DNA of 64,000 nucleotides from assembly GCA_963663945.1 (NCBI GenBank), contig OY760687.1, forward strand, positions 266,765 to 330,764. The letters run 5' to 3'. Position 1 is the first letter of the stretch. Each line of letters begins with the position of its first letter. This document shows, piece after piece, positions 37,004 to 46,961 of this stretch. Source of the DNA: Dehalococcoidia bacterium. Lineage in GTDB: Bacteria > Chloroflexota > Dehalococcoidia > Lucifugimonadales > UBA3495. Made by a program: the position numbers and the translations under genes. The notes under the pieces are model-generated. The model ran no database searches, was not told where the DNA came from, and saw nothing but the letters and a program-made list of their open reading frames with translations.

Positions 37004-37642
37004 ATGCTCTCGGCAGAGACCGGCGGCGCTCGTCTCGTCGTGATCGACTACGAATCCGGCAACCTGCGCAGCGTGGCGCGGGCGGTGGAGAAAGCCGGCG
37101 TCGTTCCCACCGTGACCTCCGACCCGGCAGCGCTGGAGAATGCGGACGGCGTAATCCTGCCCGGCGTGGGATCGGGCCCCGCCGCCATGTCCGCGCTGCA
37201 GTCCCGGGGCCTCGTCGAACCGTTGCTGGACTACATCGCCAGCGGGAGGCCTTTCCTGGGCGTCTGCCTGGGCCTGCAATTGCTGTTGGATGCCACCGAT
37301 GAGGGCGACGCCGAATGCCTGGGCCTGGTGCCCGGCCGGGTCCGCCGATTGCCCGACGGCCTCAAGGTGCCCCACATGGGGTGGAATACCGTGGAGTTCC
37401 AGCGGGAGCATCCCCTGTGGAAGGGCATACCCCAAGACAGCCATTTCTACTTCGTCCACAGCTACTACGCTGACCCCGTCGCCCGAGACGACGTCGCCGG
37501 CATGACCGAGTACGGCGTCCCGTTCTGCAGCATATACGCCCGCGACAACGTTGTCGCCACGCAGTTCCACCCCGAAAAGAGTGGCGACAATGGCCTCCGC
37601 GTCTACGCCAATTTCATCGGGCAGGTCACGGCCCAGGCGTAA
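37004..37642 (+). CDS. hisH: Imidazole glycerol phosphate synthase subunit HisH
   Basis: IDYESGNLRSV, LPGVG, GVCLGLQ, VPHMGWN, YFVHSY, QFHPEKS. Confidence 0.95.
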   Translation: MLSAETGGARLVVIDYESGNLRSVARAVEKAGVVPTVTSDPAALENADGVILPGVGSGPAAMSALQSRGLVEPLLDYIASGRPFLGVCLGLQLLLDATDEGDAECLGLVPGRVRRLPDGLKVPHMGWNTVEFQREHPLWKGIPQDSHFYFVHSYYADPVARDDVAGMTEYGVPFCSIYARDNVVATQFHPEKSGDNGLRVYANFIGQVTAQA

Positions 37643-37685
37643 CTCGCCGTCTGGATCATCCCGATAGCCAGGGGTAACCGGCAAC

Positions 37686-38405
37686 ATGGAAATCATACCC
37701 GCAATCGACCTGCGCGGCGGCAACTGTGTCCGCCTGTACCAGGGCGACTACGAGCAGGAAACGGTCTTCTCCGACGACCCGCTGGGCGTAGCCGAACGGT
37801 GGCAGGCCGAGGGTGGTGAACGCCTGCACATCGTCGACCTGGACGGCGCGCACACCGGCAACCCCGCCAACCTGGCCGCGATCACGGCCATCACCGGCCG
37901 GCTGACCATACCGGTGCAGGTGGGCGGAGGCATTCGCAGCGTCGACACCGCGGCGGGCCTGTTCGACGCTGGCGCGGCCCGCGTGGTGGTCGGCACAGCC
38001 GCCGTGTCCAATCCCGAGCTGGTGGAAGACCTGTGCAAGCGCTTCGGCAGCGAGCGGGTGGTGGTCGCCCTGGACGCGCGGAACGGCCTCGTCGCAATTC
38101 GCGGTTGGACCGAACAGTCGGAGATCAGCGCCACCGAGTTGGCCGGCCGGATGCGCGATCTGGGCGTGGAGCGTCTGCTCTACACCGACATCTCGCGCGA
38201 CGGCACGCTGGAGGAACCGAACTACGAGGCCACGGCGGCCCTGGTTCGAGACAGCGGAATGCATGTGCTGTCAGCGGGCGGCGTGGGCGCGGCGGCCCAC
38301 GTGGAGCAGTTGATCGATACCGGCGCGGAGGCGGCCATAATCGGGCGCGCTCTGTACACCGGCGATATCACGGTGGGCGCGGCTCTGGCTGCGGCGCGAA
38401 GATAG
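37686..38405 (+). CDS. hisA: ProFAR isomerase
   Basis: IIPAIDLRGG.CVRL.QGDY, HIVDLDGA, QVGGGIR, YTDISRDG. Confidence 0.95.
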   Translation: MEIIPAIDLRGGNCVRLYQGDYEQETVFSDDPLGVAERWQAEGGERLHIVDLDGAHTGNPANLAAITAITGRLTIPVQVGGGIRSVDTAAGLFDAGAARVVVGTAAVSNPELVEDLCKRFGSERVVVALDARNGLVAIRGWTEQSEISATELAGRMRDLGVERLLYTDISRDGTLEEPNYEATAALVRDSGMHVLSAGGVGAAAHVEQLIDTGAEAAIIGRALYTGDITVGAALAAARR

Positions 38406-38433
38406 GCGGAAGAACGGCTCTCCGGAAGAACGG

Positions 38434-39057
38434 CTAGGCTGCGGCGGCCGCCACGGCGTCGTCGTCGCCCACCGCTGCGCCGCCACGTTGGTCCAGGTAC
38501 TGCTGGCGCAGTTCCAGCCGCTCGAACGAGGTCTCATCCCAGTCGTCCCGGTGGACTTCCATCAGGATGAAATCGTGGGACATCCTGCGGACATTGCGTA
38601 CCGCGTTGAACCCCGAGCGCTCGAAGCACTTCTGTGCCCGGTGGTTCCATTCCAAGGTGTGCAGGTACACCCGCTTGAGCCGCAGGTCTTCGAACATGTG
38701 GTGCAGCAGCGTCACCACCGCGTCGTAGCCGTAGCCGCCGCTCCAGTAGTCCCGGTCTCCGATGACGATGCCGAGTTCGGCTTCCTTGGAAAGGCTGTCG
38801 AGGTCGTAGTACATGCAGTTGCCGATGAACTTGCCCCCGGCAACCTCGATGGCGAAGTGATGCGAGCCAGGCGTGGGCCAGCGGACCTGGTCCTCGAAGA
38901 GCTTGAGGTAGCGCTCGTACTTCATGGTCAGCGGGTAGGCGGCGTCCAGGCGGGCGATCTCAGGATCGCTGCGCCAGATGTAGTCTTTCTCGGCGTCTTC
39001 CATCCGCTTGCTTCGCAGCAGCACGCGGACGCCCCGCAAAACCAGGTCCTTGCTCAT
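38434..39057 (-). CDS. GNAT (RimJ/RimL-like) N-acetyltransferase
   Basis: ELGIVIGDRDYWSGGYG, N.RAQKCFERSGF. Confidence 0.88.
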   Translation of the reverse strand: MSKDLVLRGVRVLLRSKRMEDAEKDYIWRSDPEIARLDAAYPLTMKYERYLKLFEDQVRWPTPGSHHFAIEVAGGKFIGNCMYYDLDSLSKEAELGIVIGDRDYWSGGYGYDAVVTLLHHMFEDLRLKRVYLHTLEWNHRAQKCFERSGFNAVRNVRRMSHDFILMEVHRDDWDETSFERLELRQQYLDQRGGAAVGDDDAVAAAAA

Positions 39058-39635
39058 AGCTCCGCGCCTCGCCGGTAGGAGTCGATCAACGACCGGGCCG
39101 CTTCCAAAACCTCGCGCTCGTTGTCATATTCGAGCAGTTCCACCGCCTCTTCGTAGCTGCACCATTCCACGACGTCGAACTCGGCGTCGTGTTCCGAGGT
39201 GCTGCCGCCCTTGGGCTCCATGAGGTAGAAGTAGACGGTCTTGTCGTAGCGGACGCCGTCGTCGTGGCCAACGAAGAAATACCGAATGCTCGTTATGGGC
39301 GCCAGGACGTTGACGTGCACGCCGGTTTCTTCCTGCACTTCCCGACGGGCCGTCTGCTCAACGGTTTCGCCCCGTTCGGGAGTCCCCTTGGGCAGTCGCC
39401 AGGTCAACGGAGCATCCTCGCCGTGGTGTCCGGGACGCACCCGGGCGCACAGCAGGGTCTCAATCAGGTCGTCCGTTTGCCGGAACACGAGACCACCGGC
39501 AGACACGACCTTCACGTTGGAGCGGGGTCCGGTCACCCATGGATCGGACACCGCCGGCATGGCGTCGTCATCAAAGCCGAAGCCGGCGCTGGCAACGCGC
39601 GGTTCGTCGTCTGGAAGTAGCGTGGGGTTTGTCAT
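39054..39635 (-). CDS. NUDIX hydrolase
   Basis: Nudix box LPKGTPERGETVEQTARREVQEETG. Confidence 0.92.
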   Translation of the reverse strand: MTNPTLLPDDEPRVASAGFGFDDDAMPAVSDPWVTGPRSNVKVVSAGGLVFRQTDDLIETLLCARVRPGHHGEDAPLTWRLPKGTPERGETVEQTARREVQEETGVHVNVLAPITSIRYFFVGHDDGVRYDKTVYFYLMEPKGGSTSEHDAEFDVVEWCSYEEAVELLEYDNEREVLEAARSLIDSYRRGAEL

Positions 39636-39795
39636 GAGATCGAAATCTGAAAAAACATATTCCGATCATTGTAGCCGCAGGGCCGGGACGGGTCAAACGG
39701 CCCTGCGGCTTGTAACCCGTTTGGGCAAGATCGTCGAGGCGGTTAGAACGCCCCCTACGCGTTCGATCCTGGGCTGCCGCACCGCGTTATCTGGC

Positions 39796-39825
39796 CAGGG
39801 CCGGCGTCGCCCCCGCCGGCCCTGG
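39796..39825 (-). terminator. GC-rich hairpin after the 39833 gene
   Basis: CCAGGGCCGGCG-tcgccc-CGCCGGCCCTGG; no clear U tract. Confidence 0.5.
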
Positions 39826-39832
39826 CGTCAGC

Positions 39833-40702
39833 TTACCCCTCCGGTGCGCCGCTGGGCGGATCCGTCGATTCCAGTCCGCAGGAAGCCAGGGCAAAGAATG
39901 ACGCGAACACCGCGATCAGGTCTTCCTCAGTCGGGAAAGGCTTAGACAGTGCTGCAACGGCTGGTTGCAGCGCTTTCTGGACGCAGGCGTATTGCTCGCC
40001 GGGGTTCGCCTGGTGGAGTGCGCCGGCGAAAGCCAAGGCGAAGGTCAGGGTGGGAACAGTGTCGTCCGACAGGCAGCTAAAAATAAGGACATCCTCCAGC
40101 CGCGGTTCATCGCCCTCGTGGAAGACCGAGTTTTCCAGCGCGGTGGCGAGCCCTTCCTCGCCCAGTGCGGCGACGACCCGTTCTTCTCCGAAGGTGGCGA
40201 CGATGCACGATCGCTCCGCGTTTGAAAACACCCCGAACAGGTCCCTCCACTTGGGGTCGGGATTGGCGCCGTAGGGTCCAACCGGAATCAGCCGGTCGTA
40301 TAACTCCCGAAACAGGGTTTTGGAAATCGCAGGGGCGGCTTCCTCCGGTTCCTGTTCGACGCGGAAGGTCACCTGTTGCGCGTCTGGCACATCCTCCGCG
40401 CTGCCGGGGCGGCGGACAAGCAGGTAACAGATCTCGTCGGGCGAACCCGGCGCGTATCCTGCCTGGTAGCCGTCGTCCGCCTGGTATGCCCGCACTGTCT
40501 CGTAGCCGTTGCTGTCCGCGCTGCGTATGACGAACCACTCCGTGCCCTCAGAGTCGGTGAAAAACTGCTCTGCCGGCTCTTCCGGCCAACTGGACGGACA
40601 GTCCGGCTCCCGGGCGTGAGCAGTGCCCGCAAACAGGGCAATGGCGACCAGGGCGCCAATCAAGGAAATCGCTGCAATTATGCTTGCCGTTTTCATATCC
40701 AC
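39833..40702 (-). CDS. Secreted hypothetical protein
   Basis: Signal peptide ending AHA; six Cys; GAGGTG RBS. Confidence 0.7.
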   Translation of the reverse strand: MDMKTASIIAAISLIGALVAIALFAGTAHAREPDCPSSWPEEPAEQFFTDSEGTEWFVIRSADSNGYETVRAYQADDGYQAGYAPGSPDEICYLLVRRPGSAEDVPDAQQVTFRVEQEPEEAAPAISKTLFRELYDRLIPVGPYGANPDPKWRDLFGVFSNAERSCIVATFGEERVVAALGEEGLATALENSVFHEGDEPRLEDVLIFSCLSDDTVPTLTFALAFAGALHQANPGEQYACVQKALQPAVAALSKPFPTEEDLIAVFASFFALASCGLESTDPPSGAPEG

Positions 40703-40968
40703 ACCTCACCTGGTATTGGCCGGACTGTTGCATGAGCATGCTTGTTCAGCCATGAATCTGACTGACCGGTCACATGGCCCGGTTGGCGGCCAACCGATAG
40801 TATGCAGTCGGCAAGCCGGCCCGTGTTCATTACGGGCAAACCAGTTGAAGCGGATTTGTCGACGACCGGATAAGCCTCGGCGAAGCGCCGTTAGACGCCT
40901 CGCCGAGGCTTGCGTGACTCTCCAGGAATGGTTGAGTGGATGCGGTCGGATTTGACTGCGGGCCTGAC

Positions 40969-41232
40969 CTATCCGCCGCCGATGGCCGGCACGAAGTGTA
41001 CCTCGGCGTTCTCGCCGACCCGCTCCATCAGGCCCATGCGGGCGACCTCGCCGTCCACCGCCACCGCCAGGTTGGACCGGATTTCGCCGTCTTCGATCAG
41101 CCGGTTGGCGATGCCGGGGAACTGCTCGTCCAGTTGTTCGATCACCTGCCGCACGTTGCGGGCGGCGACCTCGACTTCCTTGACCCCACCCGTCGTCGCC
41201 TGCAGCATGGTTGGGACAAACACTCTGGCCAT
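40969..41232 (-). CDS. MoaD/ThiS family sulfur carrier
   Basis: VFVPTML...AVAVDGE...VHFVPAIGGG with C-terminal Gly-Gly. Confidence 0.88.
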   Translation of the reverse strand: MARVFVPTMLQATTGGVKEVEVAARNVRQVIEQLDEQFPGIANRLIEDGEIRSNLAVAVDGEVARMGLMERVGENAEVHFVPAIGGG

Positions 41233-41291
41233 GACCCTCACCCCCTTGCGTCGATACTGCATTCCATCATACGTCGCCGACCGCGTCGGGC

Positions 41292-41753
41292 TCAACACGT
41301 GGCGATGGTGGCGTCCGGCGGGATGATGCCGTTGGCGCGCTGCAACTCGCGGATGTAGCAAATGATGTTCGGGATGTCCTCGTCCGCCACCGTGGGCACG
41401 GGCAGCATGTTGCCAAACTGCCAGTGGTGCGCCGGAACCCCGTTCCGCACCGCGCTCTGGATGCTGAAGTCCTGATGGTGCCCCGGCTCGTAGATCTTGT
41501 GCACCAGGGGAGGGCCAAGGCCCGTGCCCGACGCGTTGGGTCCGTGGCACAGCGCGCAGTTGGCGTTGAATACCTGCTCGCCGGTGCGCGCGTTCGCTGA
41601 CAGGTCAGGCACGACCACTGCCGAGGTGCCGGAGGCGGGCTGACCGGCCTGGTAGGCCGGCGCCGCCGGTTCTTCGGCCGAACAACCCACCAGGGCCAGG
41701 GCCAGTAGCGACACCGCCAGCACGCTTAACATCCATGCACGCAGCATATTCAT
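41292..41753 (-). CDS. Monoheme cytochrome c lipoprotein
   Basis: Lipobox LVGC, CALCH, GPPL, HHWQFGNM (Met ligand). Confidence 0.88.
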   Translation of the reverse strand: MNMLRAWMLSVLAVSLLALALVGCSAEEPAAPAYQAGQPASGTSAVVVPDLSANARTGEQVFNANCALCHGPNASGTGLGPPLVHKIYEPGHHQDFSIQSAVRNGVPAHHWQFGNMLPVPTVADEDIPNIICYIRELQRANGIIPPDATIATC

Positions 41754-41819
41754 CGACCTGGAGATGGGTGGCGAAGCGGTGCAGATGGTCGGCACGGGTT
41801 GGTCACGCCCTCGCAGAGC

Positions 41820-42758
41820 CTACGTGCCCAGCGGCCCGTGGAAGCGCGGCAGGATTTCTTCGCCAGCCTGTTCCAGCTGCTCCATGGACTCGGTGCCGGC
41901 GCACAGGGGCCGGATCACGAACTTGAAGCCGCCGGCGTCGACGTACTGGTCGATGAAGTCGCCGATCTGCTCGGAGGTGCCCACGGCGGAGTACTCGGTG
42001 AAGTGCGCGTCCGGCCGCTGCCGGGTGACGAACTGCTCGGACCTGGCTTCGCCCTCCTTAGGGTCGTCGCAGATGTAGTACCCGATCAGGACGCCCACGT
42101 GGTCTTCCTCGATCTCGCGGTCGTACTGCTGGGCCGTCTCGAACATGATCTCCCGGCCGGAGCGGATCTCCTCGGGGGTTGCGCTGGACACCAGCCAGCC
42201 GTCGCCCACGCGGCCGACGCGCCGTGCCGCGGCCGGACTGCGCCCGCCGATCCAGACCGGAGGCGAGGGCTTGAGGAAGGTGCGGGGCGTTACCGATACG
42301 TTGTGGGTGGTGAAGAACTCACCCTCATGGGTGACATCCTGTTCCTCCCAGAGGCGGCGCATCAACTCAATGGCCTCGTCGGTGCGTCGCGCGCGGTCGG
42401 CCTTGGGCACGCCGCAGGCCTCGTACTCATCCGGATCCTCCTGGCCGAGGCCGACGGCGGGGAAGAAGCGACCCTGGGAGAGCCAGTCCAGCGTGGCCAC
42501 CTGCTTGGCCAGCACCACCGGATTGCGCAGCGGCAACGCCAGCACGCTGGTGCCGAACTTGAGGCGGTCGGAATAGCCGGCCACCAGCGACAGGGCGACC
42601 ATGGGCTCCAGGCTGAACCGGTCGCTGCAGATGCGGTCGCTGAGCCAGATGGAGTCGTACTCGTAACGGTCGCCCAGTTCCACCAGGGTGCGGAGGAAGT
42701 TGGGGTCGTCGCCTCCCTGTCCGAATGCTCCGGGGACGTAGCCGATGGCAACGCTCAT
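41820..42758 (-). CDS. LLM-class (possibly F420-dependent) oxidoreductase
   Basis: YDSIWLSD, LRNPVVLAKQVATLD.LS.GR, PPVWIGG. Confidence 0.9.
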   Translation of the reverse strand: MSVAIGYVPGAFGQGGDDPNFLRTLVELGDRYEYDSIWLSDRICSDRFSLEPMVALSLVAGYSDRLKFGTSVLALPLRNPVVLAKQVATLDWLSQGRFFPAVGLGQEDPDEYEACGVPKADRARRTDEAIELMRRLWEEQDVTHEGEFFTTHNVSVTPRTFLKPSPPVWIGGRSPAAARRVGRVGDGWLVSSATPEEIRSGREIMFETAQQYDREIEEDHVGVLIGYYICDDPKEGEARSEQFVTRQRPDAHFTEYSAVGTSEQIGDFIDQYVDAGGFKFVIRPLCAGTESMEQLEQAGEEILPRFHGPLGT

Positions 42759-43135
42759 GATGGTTGGCCTCCTTGGGAGTTGTCGGTAATTGTGTCGAAC
42801 GCCGCAATCAGTGCAGGCAGGCTGTTGACCACCGTGTCGTGTACAACGAGCGTCTCGACATCATAGTACTGGTGAATGAGAATGTTCCGCATACCTACGA
42901 TTTTGCCCCATGGAATCAGCGGCAACGCATGGTATGTCGCATTGGAGAGTTTATTGGCTGCTTCTCCGACGACTGATACCAGGTAGTTGAGAGCTAACTG
43001 ACGTGTCCGGTCACGCTCCAAGTCCTCCAGACTGGCGTCTCCCAATATTGCGATGGCTTCCCGAGCGTGGCTGATGATGTGAGTTATGCGCTCGGCTTCA
43101 GTTGGCGGGTGCCGGTTGGACGGACGCAGCATCAC
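42755..43135 (-). CDS. HepT-like (DUF86) HEPN ribonuclease toxin
   Basis: VGEAANKLS, IPW.KIVGMRNILIHQY (Rx4H). Confidence 0.88.
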   Translation of the reverse strand: MMLRPSNRHPPTEAERITHIISHAREAIAILGDASLEDLERDRTRQLALNYLVSVVGEAANKLSNATYHALPLIPWGKIVGMRNILIHQYYDVETLVVHDTVVNSLPALIAAFDTITDNSQGGQPS

Positions 43136-43694
43136 TGTAAATTACCTCAAGGTCAGCGGGGAGTTCGTGGGCAAAGCGTATGCCGACCTCACAGCCGAGA
43201 ATTTCGTTCAGCTCCTCTTGGCCATCTAACGCTCCCCATGCCAATTTAGCGCCGGGAGCTAGTCCGGCCAGAAACTCAACGTCGGCGTAGTCGATTACGG
43301 ACGCGCGGCTGGGGTAAGGCAACTTGGCCAGCCACTGTATTTTCTTGCGTTTGCAGAACTCGGCAATCTGCTCCCGAAGCATGGGGATGTCCCTGTAGTC
43401 GGCCCGGTCATAGACGATACCTGCCTCGCGTGGCCCGTAGCCCAGGTACATCTCCCGCAAGTACAAGTGCAAGTCGACGCTGCGTCCCAGGATGCGGCTG
43501 ATTTCGTCCTCTATGGCCGCCAGCTTGAGCAGCGATGGCACGTCGGCGGGGTTGAACTCAATCAGCAGCGCCGCCTCGCTGTCAGCGTCCGGGTCGCAGC
43601 GCAAGGGTTTGTCAAGCCAGGTAAGGCGCCGTACCTTGTGCTTCTGACAGAATACTGCGATCTGTTCGTTTTGCTCTGCGCTGATCTCGTTCAT
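43098..43694 (-). CDS. Tandem degenerate minimal nucleotidyltransferase (MntA-like) antitoxin
   Basis: Two units EQIAVFCQKHKV...EDEISRILGRSVDL and EQIAEFCKRKKI...EELNEILGCEVGI; TGcTACAAT promoter at 43721-43713. Confidence 0.75.
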   Translation of the reverse strand: MNEISAEQNEQIAVFCQKHKVRRLTWLDKPLRCDPDADSEAALLIEFNPADVPSLLKLAAIEDEISRILGRSVDLHLYLREMYLGYGPREAGIVYDRADYRDIPMLREQIAEFCKRKKIQWLAKLPYPSRASVIDYADVEFLAGLAPGAKLAWGALDGQEELNEILGCEVGIRFAHELPADLEVIYSDAASVQPAPAN

Positions 43695-43728
43695 GGCTCA
43701 CGCCCCAGGCATATTGTAGCAAGTCTCG

Positions 43729-44670
43729 CTACCCATTGATCGGATCCAGGCCAGCCTCGGCGCGGGCGTCGTTGATGTGGTCCAGGACGCGCATGCGCAG
43801 GGGCGGCAGTTCGTAGCCAACGTCGGCCATCATGCGGCTGTTGTCCACCAGGTAAACGTGGGGCACGGGACGGCTGCCGGTGGTGATGCTGGCATCGGGG
43901 ATGTAGGCACGCACCATGTCGGCCACGTCGGCGATGGTCGCCAATTCCCCGCCGCTGATGTAGATGTGATGGTTCAGGCTGTCGGCCAGGGCGACGCGGA
44001 CGAAGATCTCGGCGGCGTCCTCGGCGTGGATCATGGGCGAGGCTTCCTGGGGATCGAAGTCCATGCTGACGGACTGGCCGATGGCCGGCAGGGACATCAT
44101 CAGGCCGCCGATCATGCCGGTCATGCCGGTAACGCGGCCGTGTCCGAAGACGGTGCAGATGCGCACGCCGCGAATGTCGAGGCCGTGCAGGGTGCGGTAG
44201 CGGGCGGCGGCGAAGTCGTTGACCGCCTTGGTCATGCCGTACACGTTGATGGGAGCCGGCAGGTCGTCCTCGATGAGCGGCCGGTCCCCGAAAGTCTCCT
44301 GCACACCGTACACCGCGATGCTGCTGGCATACACCACGCGGCGGATGTTGCCCCAGCGGGCGGCCTCGAAGATGTTGTTGGTGCCGTCGATGTTGACGGC
44401 CATGCCGGTGGCGGGTCGGTCCTCGGTGTCGGGCGGCAGCAGGGCGGCCATGTGGATGATGCGGTCCACGTTGTGACGGTTGACGGCTTCCAGCAAGTGG
44501 TCCAGGCGGGTCACGTCACCCCGATAGAAGGAGACGCGGTCCATGAGGGGCTGCAAATTGGGCCGCGGCGGAGCGAGGTCAAAGCAGACCACCTCCTCGC
44601 CGCGTTCCAGCAGCTTGCGTATGATGCGGTTGCCGATAAACCCGGTGCCGCCGGTAACCATCACTGACAT
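43729..44670 (-). CDS. NAD-dependent epimerase/dehydratase (extended SDR)
   Basis: VTGGTGFIG, ASSIAVYG, YGMTK. Confidence 0.92.
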   Translation of the reverse strand: MSVMVTGGTGFIGNRIIRKLLERGEEVVCFDLAPPRPNLQPLMDRVSFYRGDVTRLDHLLEAVNRHNVDRIIHMAALLPPDTEDRPATGMAVNIDGTNNIFEAARWGNIRRVVYASSIAVYGVQETFGDRPLIEDDLPAPINVYGMTKAVNDFAAARYRTLHGLDIRGVRICTVFGHGRVTGMTGMIGGLMMSLPAIGQSVSMDFDPQEASPMIHAEDAAEIFVRVALADSLNHHIYISGGELATIADVADMVRAYIPDASITTGSRPVPHVYLVDNSRMMADVGYELPPLRMRVLDHINDARAEAGLDPING

Positions 44671-44796
44671 TAATTGACCTCCAGGGATTGTCTGTTAATC
44701 ATGGTGCGTCCAAATGGCGCTCATGTATCGGCCCGCTAAGGCATCAGCCGGACATGGCCAATATATCGAGCCGGCTGTTGATCGCAGTTGGGCGTT

Positions 44797-45408
44797 TCAG
44801 GCGCCGGGCCCTCGGAGCGGGCTGTCAAAATGCTCGCCCATTTTCAGTGTGCCCAGGACATCGTTCCAGACGGATTTTGCGCGTTGCGTGTCCTCGGGCC
44901 AGTAGCTGAGGGTGAGCAGGGCGTGGATGGACTTCTGAGAGTCCCGGGTGATGGCCTGGATAGAGTGGGCCGGACGCTTTTCGCCAGGGTCGAAGAACTC
45001 CGATTCGATCCACGCCATCTCCAGGTTGCCCAGTTTGATGGTGATCGGCGAACCGCGTTTGGTGTCATCCATACCCTTGCGCCGGCGGCGGCTGGCCCTG
45101 CCGCGGCGGGCGGGGGCATCTTCGGAGGTTACGTCCTTGATCAATTGGTGCAGAGGCAAACTGCTCCAGTCGATGTTCATGCCGTAGCCGGCGTAGAAAA
45201 TAGTGACCTCCAGCCCCATGGTGTCGTCGGGGTGTGGCGCATCACGGAACTTCACCGACTTCCGGGAGGGTTCCACCAGCCAATCCTGGGGGATTTCAAA
45301 GCGCAGCGCGCCCCGGTCGGCGATGAACACCTTGTTCCCGGGCTTGGCCGTCCACCCGTGGTTATCCGGGAGGTTGAAAACTTCTTTCCGCCAATTCTCG
45401 TTGTCCAC
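44797..45408 (-). CDS. Hypothetical protein
   Basis: 203-aa ORF filling the gap; GTG start. Confidence 0.7.
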   Translation of the reverse strand: MDNENWRKEVFNLPDNHGWTAKPGNKVFIADRGALRFEIPQDWLVEPSRKSVKFRDAPHPDDTMGLEVTIFYAGYGMNIDWSSLPLHQLIKDVTSEDAPARRGRASRRRRKGMDDTKRGSPITIKLGNLEMAWIESEFFDPGEKRPAHSIQAITRDSQKSIHALLTLSYWPEDTQRAKSVWNDVLGTLKMGEHFDSPLRGPGA

Positions 45409-45647
45409 CGGTCACCCGCCTTGCGTTCGAGCCGTCCGAAGAGATGCCGGCATTATAGACGATGCCGCCGAGGGCGTTTGCCGAAGCGGTCCGAATGGCC
45501 GGCGGGTTGGAGCGCCGCCGGTGACATCCGCGTGTTGCGGTCTGGCAGTGGGCAGATTATGATTCGTTCCGCTCGCTGGGCAACGGCATGCGCTTGCGAA
45601 GGCGCGTGGCTCGGGCGACATGGCGACAGGAGTAAGGTCCGCTAGCT

Positions 45648-46961
45648 ATGGCGAAAGCATCTGAAAGATCGTTTCAGGATCCGGCGTTCTCGCAAAACAA
45701 GAGCGTGCCGGTCCACCGTTGGGTACCGTGGGTCGCCGGTTATTCGCAGCGCTTTACGGAAGACGCTTTGACCCGGTACACCAACGGGACAGAGCAATTA
45801 GTCCTGGATCCCTTTGCAGGTGTCGGCACGACGCTGGTCGAAGCCGATCGTGCTGGGCACCATGCGGTAGGATTCGAAATCAATCCCTACGCGGCTTTCG
45901 TCTGCCAGACGAAGCTGCGCGCCCATCGCATCCGAACCTCTACGCTCCGGCAAGCAATCGATGAGCTGCTCCGCTACGCGAAGGCCATTGATACGGACGG
46001 GTTTGTACCCAGATCATCACCACCGGATGGGTTTCGAACCCGCTCGCCGTTTTACAGCCCCAAGGTTTTGGATAAAGTGCTGCTGTTGATGGATTTCATC
46101 AGTGACCAGGATGATGAGGTCATCAAGGACGTGATCCGGCTTGCCTTCGCTGCAACCATGGTTGACTACTCCAACTATTCATATGAACCGAGCCTCGGCA
46201 GAAGAAAAGCAGTGGGTCGCGCGGAAATCGACGATTTCCCGGTGATTGCCACCTTGGTCAAAAAACTGACCGAAATCGCAGACGATTCCGATTGGTACAG
46301 ATCACAAAGAGTATGTCTCCAGCGCCCGGATAGCGTCGTTCATGCTCGGTCGTTTTTTGACGAAGACGAACTGGAACCTTCCAGCGTAGACCTGATAATC
46401 ACCTCCCCGCCATACATGAACAACTACCACTACAATCGTAATACCCGCCCCCACATGTACTGGCTCCAGTTTTGCCAGTCCCCCGGGGAACTCAAAACCC
46501 TGGAATGGCAAAACTTCGGCACCTCATGGCAACTGGCCAGAGATCAAGAAGTGGTTAGTTTGGACACCGCTATCACCGATGACGAAATTCATCAGGTCGT
46601 CGATAGAATCAGCCAGCAGAATCCGGGGAAAGGCGTGTACGGCGGCATGGGATGGGCAAATTACGCCGCAACCTATCTGAACGACTGCGTCCGGTTCGTG
46701 CGAGGTATGCGTCGCGTGCTGCGGCCCGGCGCATCCGCTTTGGTCGTAATCGGCAACAGCGTGGTACAGGGTGTACACGTTCCCACAGACCAGTTTCTGG
46801 CCAAGATTGCAATGGACTGTGGTCTCGAAGTTCGGGCCATCCATACCCCTCGTGAGGCCCGGGTCGGCAATAGCATCATCAACTCCAGCGTGCGCGTCGG
46901 CCAGGCCGGCAAACAAAACCGCCTGTACGAATCCGTCGTCGAAATCCGGCAAGGAACATGA
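45648..46961 (+). CDS. DNA amino-methyltransferase (probably N4-cytosine; motif I before motif IV)
   Basis: VHRW, LDPFAGVGTT, ITSPPY, LVVIGNS. Confidence 0.88.
   Translation: MAKASERSFQDPAFSQNKSVPVHRWVPWVAGYSQRFTEDALTRYTNGTEQLVLDPFAGVGTTLVEADRAGHHAVGFEINPYAAFVCQTKLRAHRIRTSTLRQAIDELLRYAKAIDTDGFVPRSSPPDGFRTRSPFYSPKVLDKVLLLMDFISDQDDEVIKDVIRLAFAATMVDYSNYSYEPSLGRRKAVGRAEIDDFPVIATLVKKLTEIADDSDWYRSQRVCLQRPDSVVHARSFFDEDELEPSSVDLIITSPPYMNNYHYNRNTRPHMYWLQFCQSPGELKTLEWQNFGTSWQLARDQEVVSLDTAITDDEIHQVVDRISQQNPGKGVYGGMGWANYAATYLNDCVRFVRGMRRVLRPGASALVVIGNSVVQGVHVPTDQFLAKIAMDCGLEVRAIHTPREARVGNSIINSSVRVGQAGKQNRLYESVVEIRQGT

Noticed and set aside
39740-39790. tRNA-like fragment (GTTCGATCC)
   Set aside because: T-loop-like word only; no acceptor or anticodon stems could be built.
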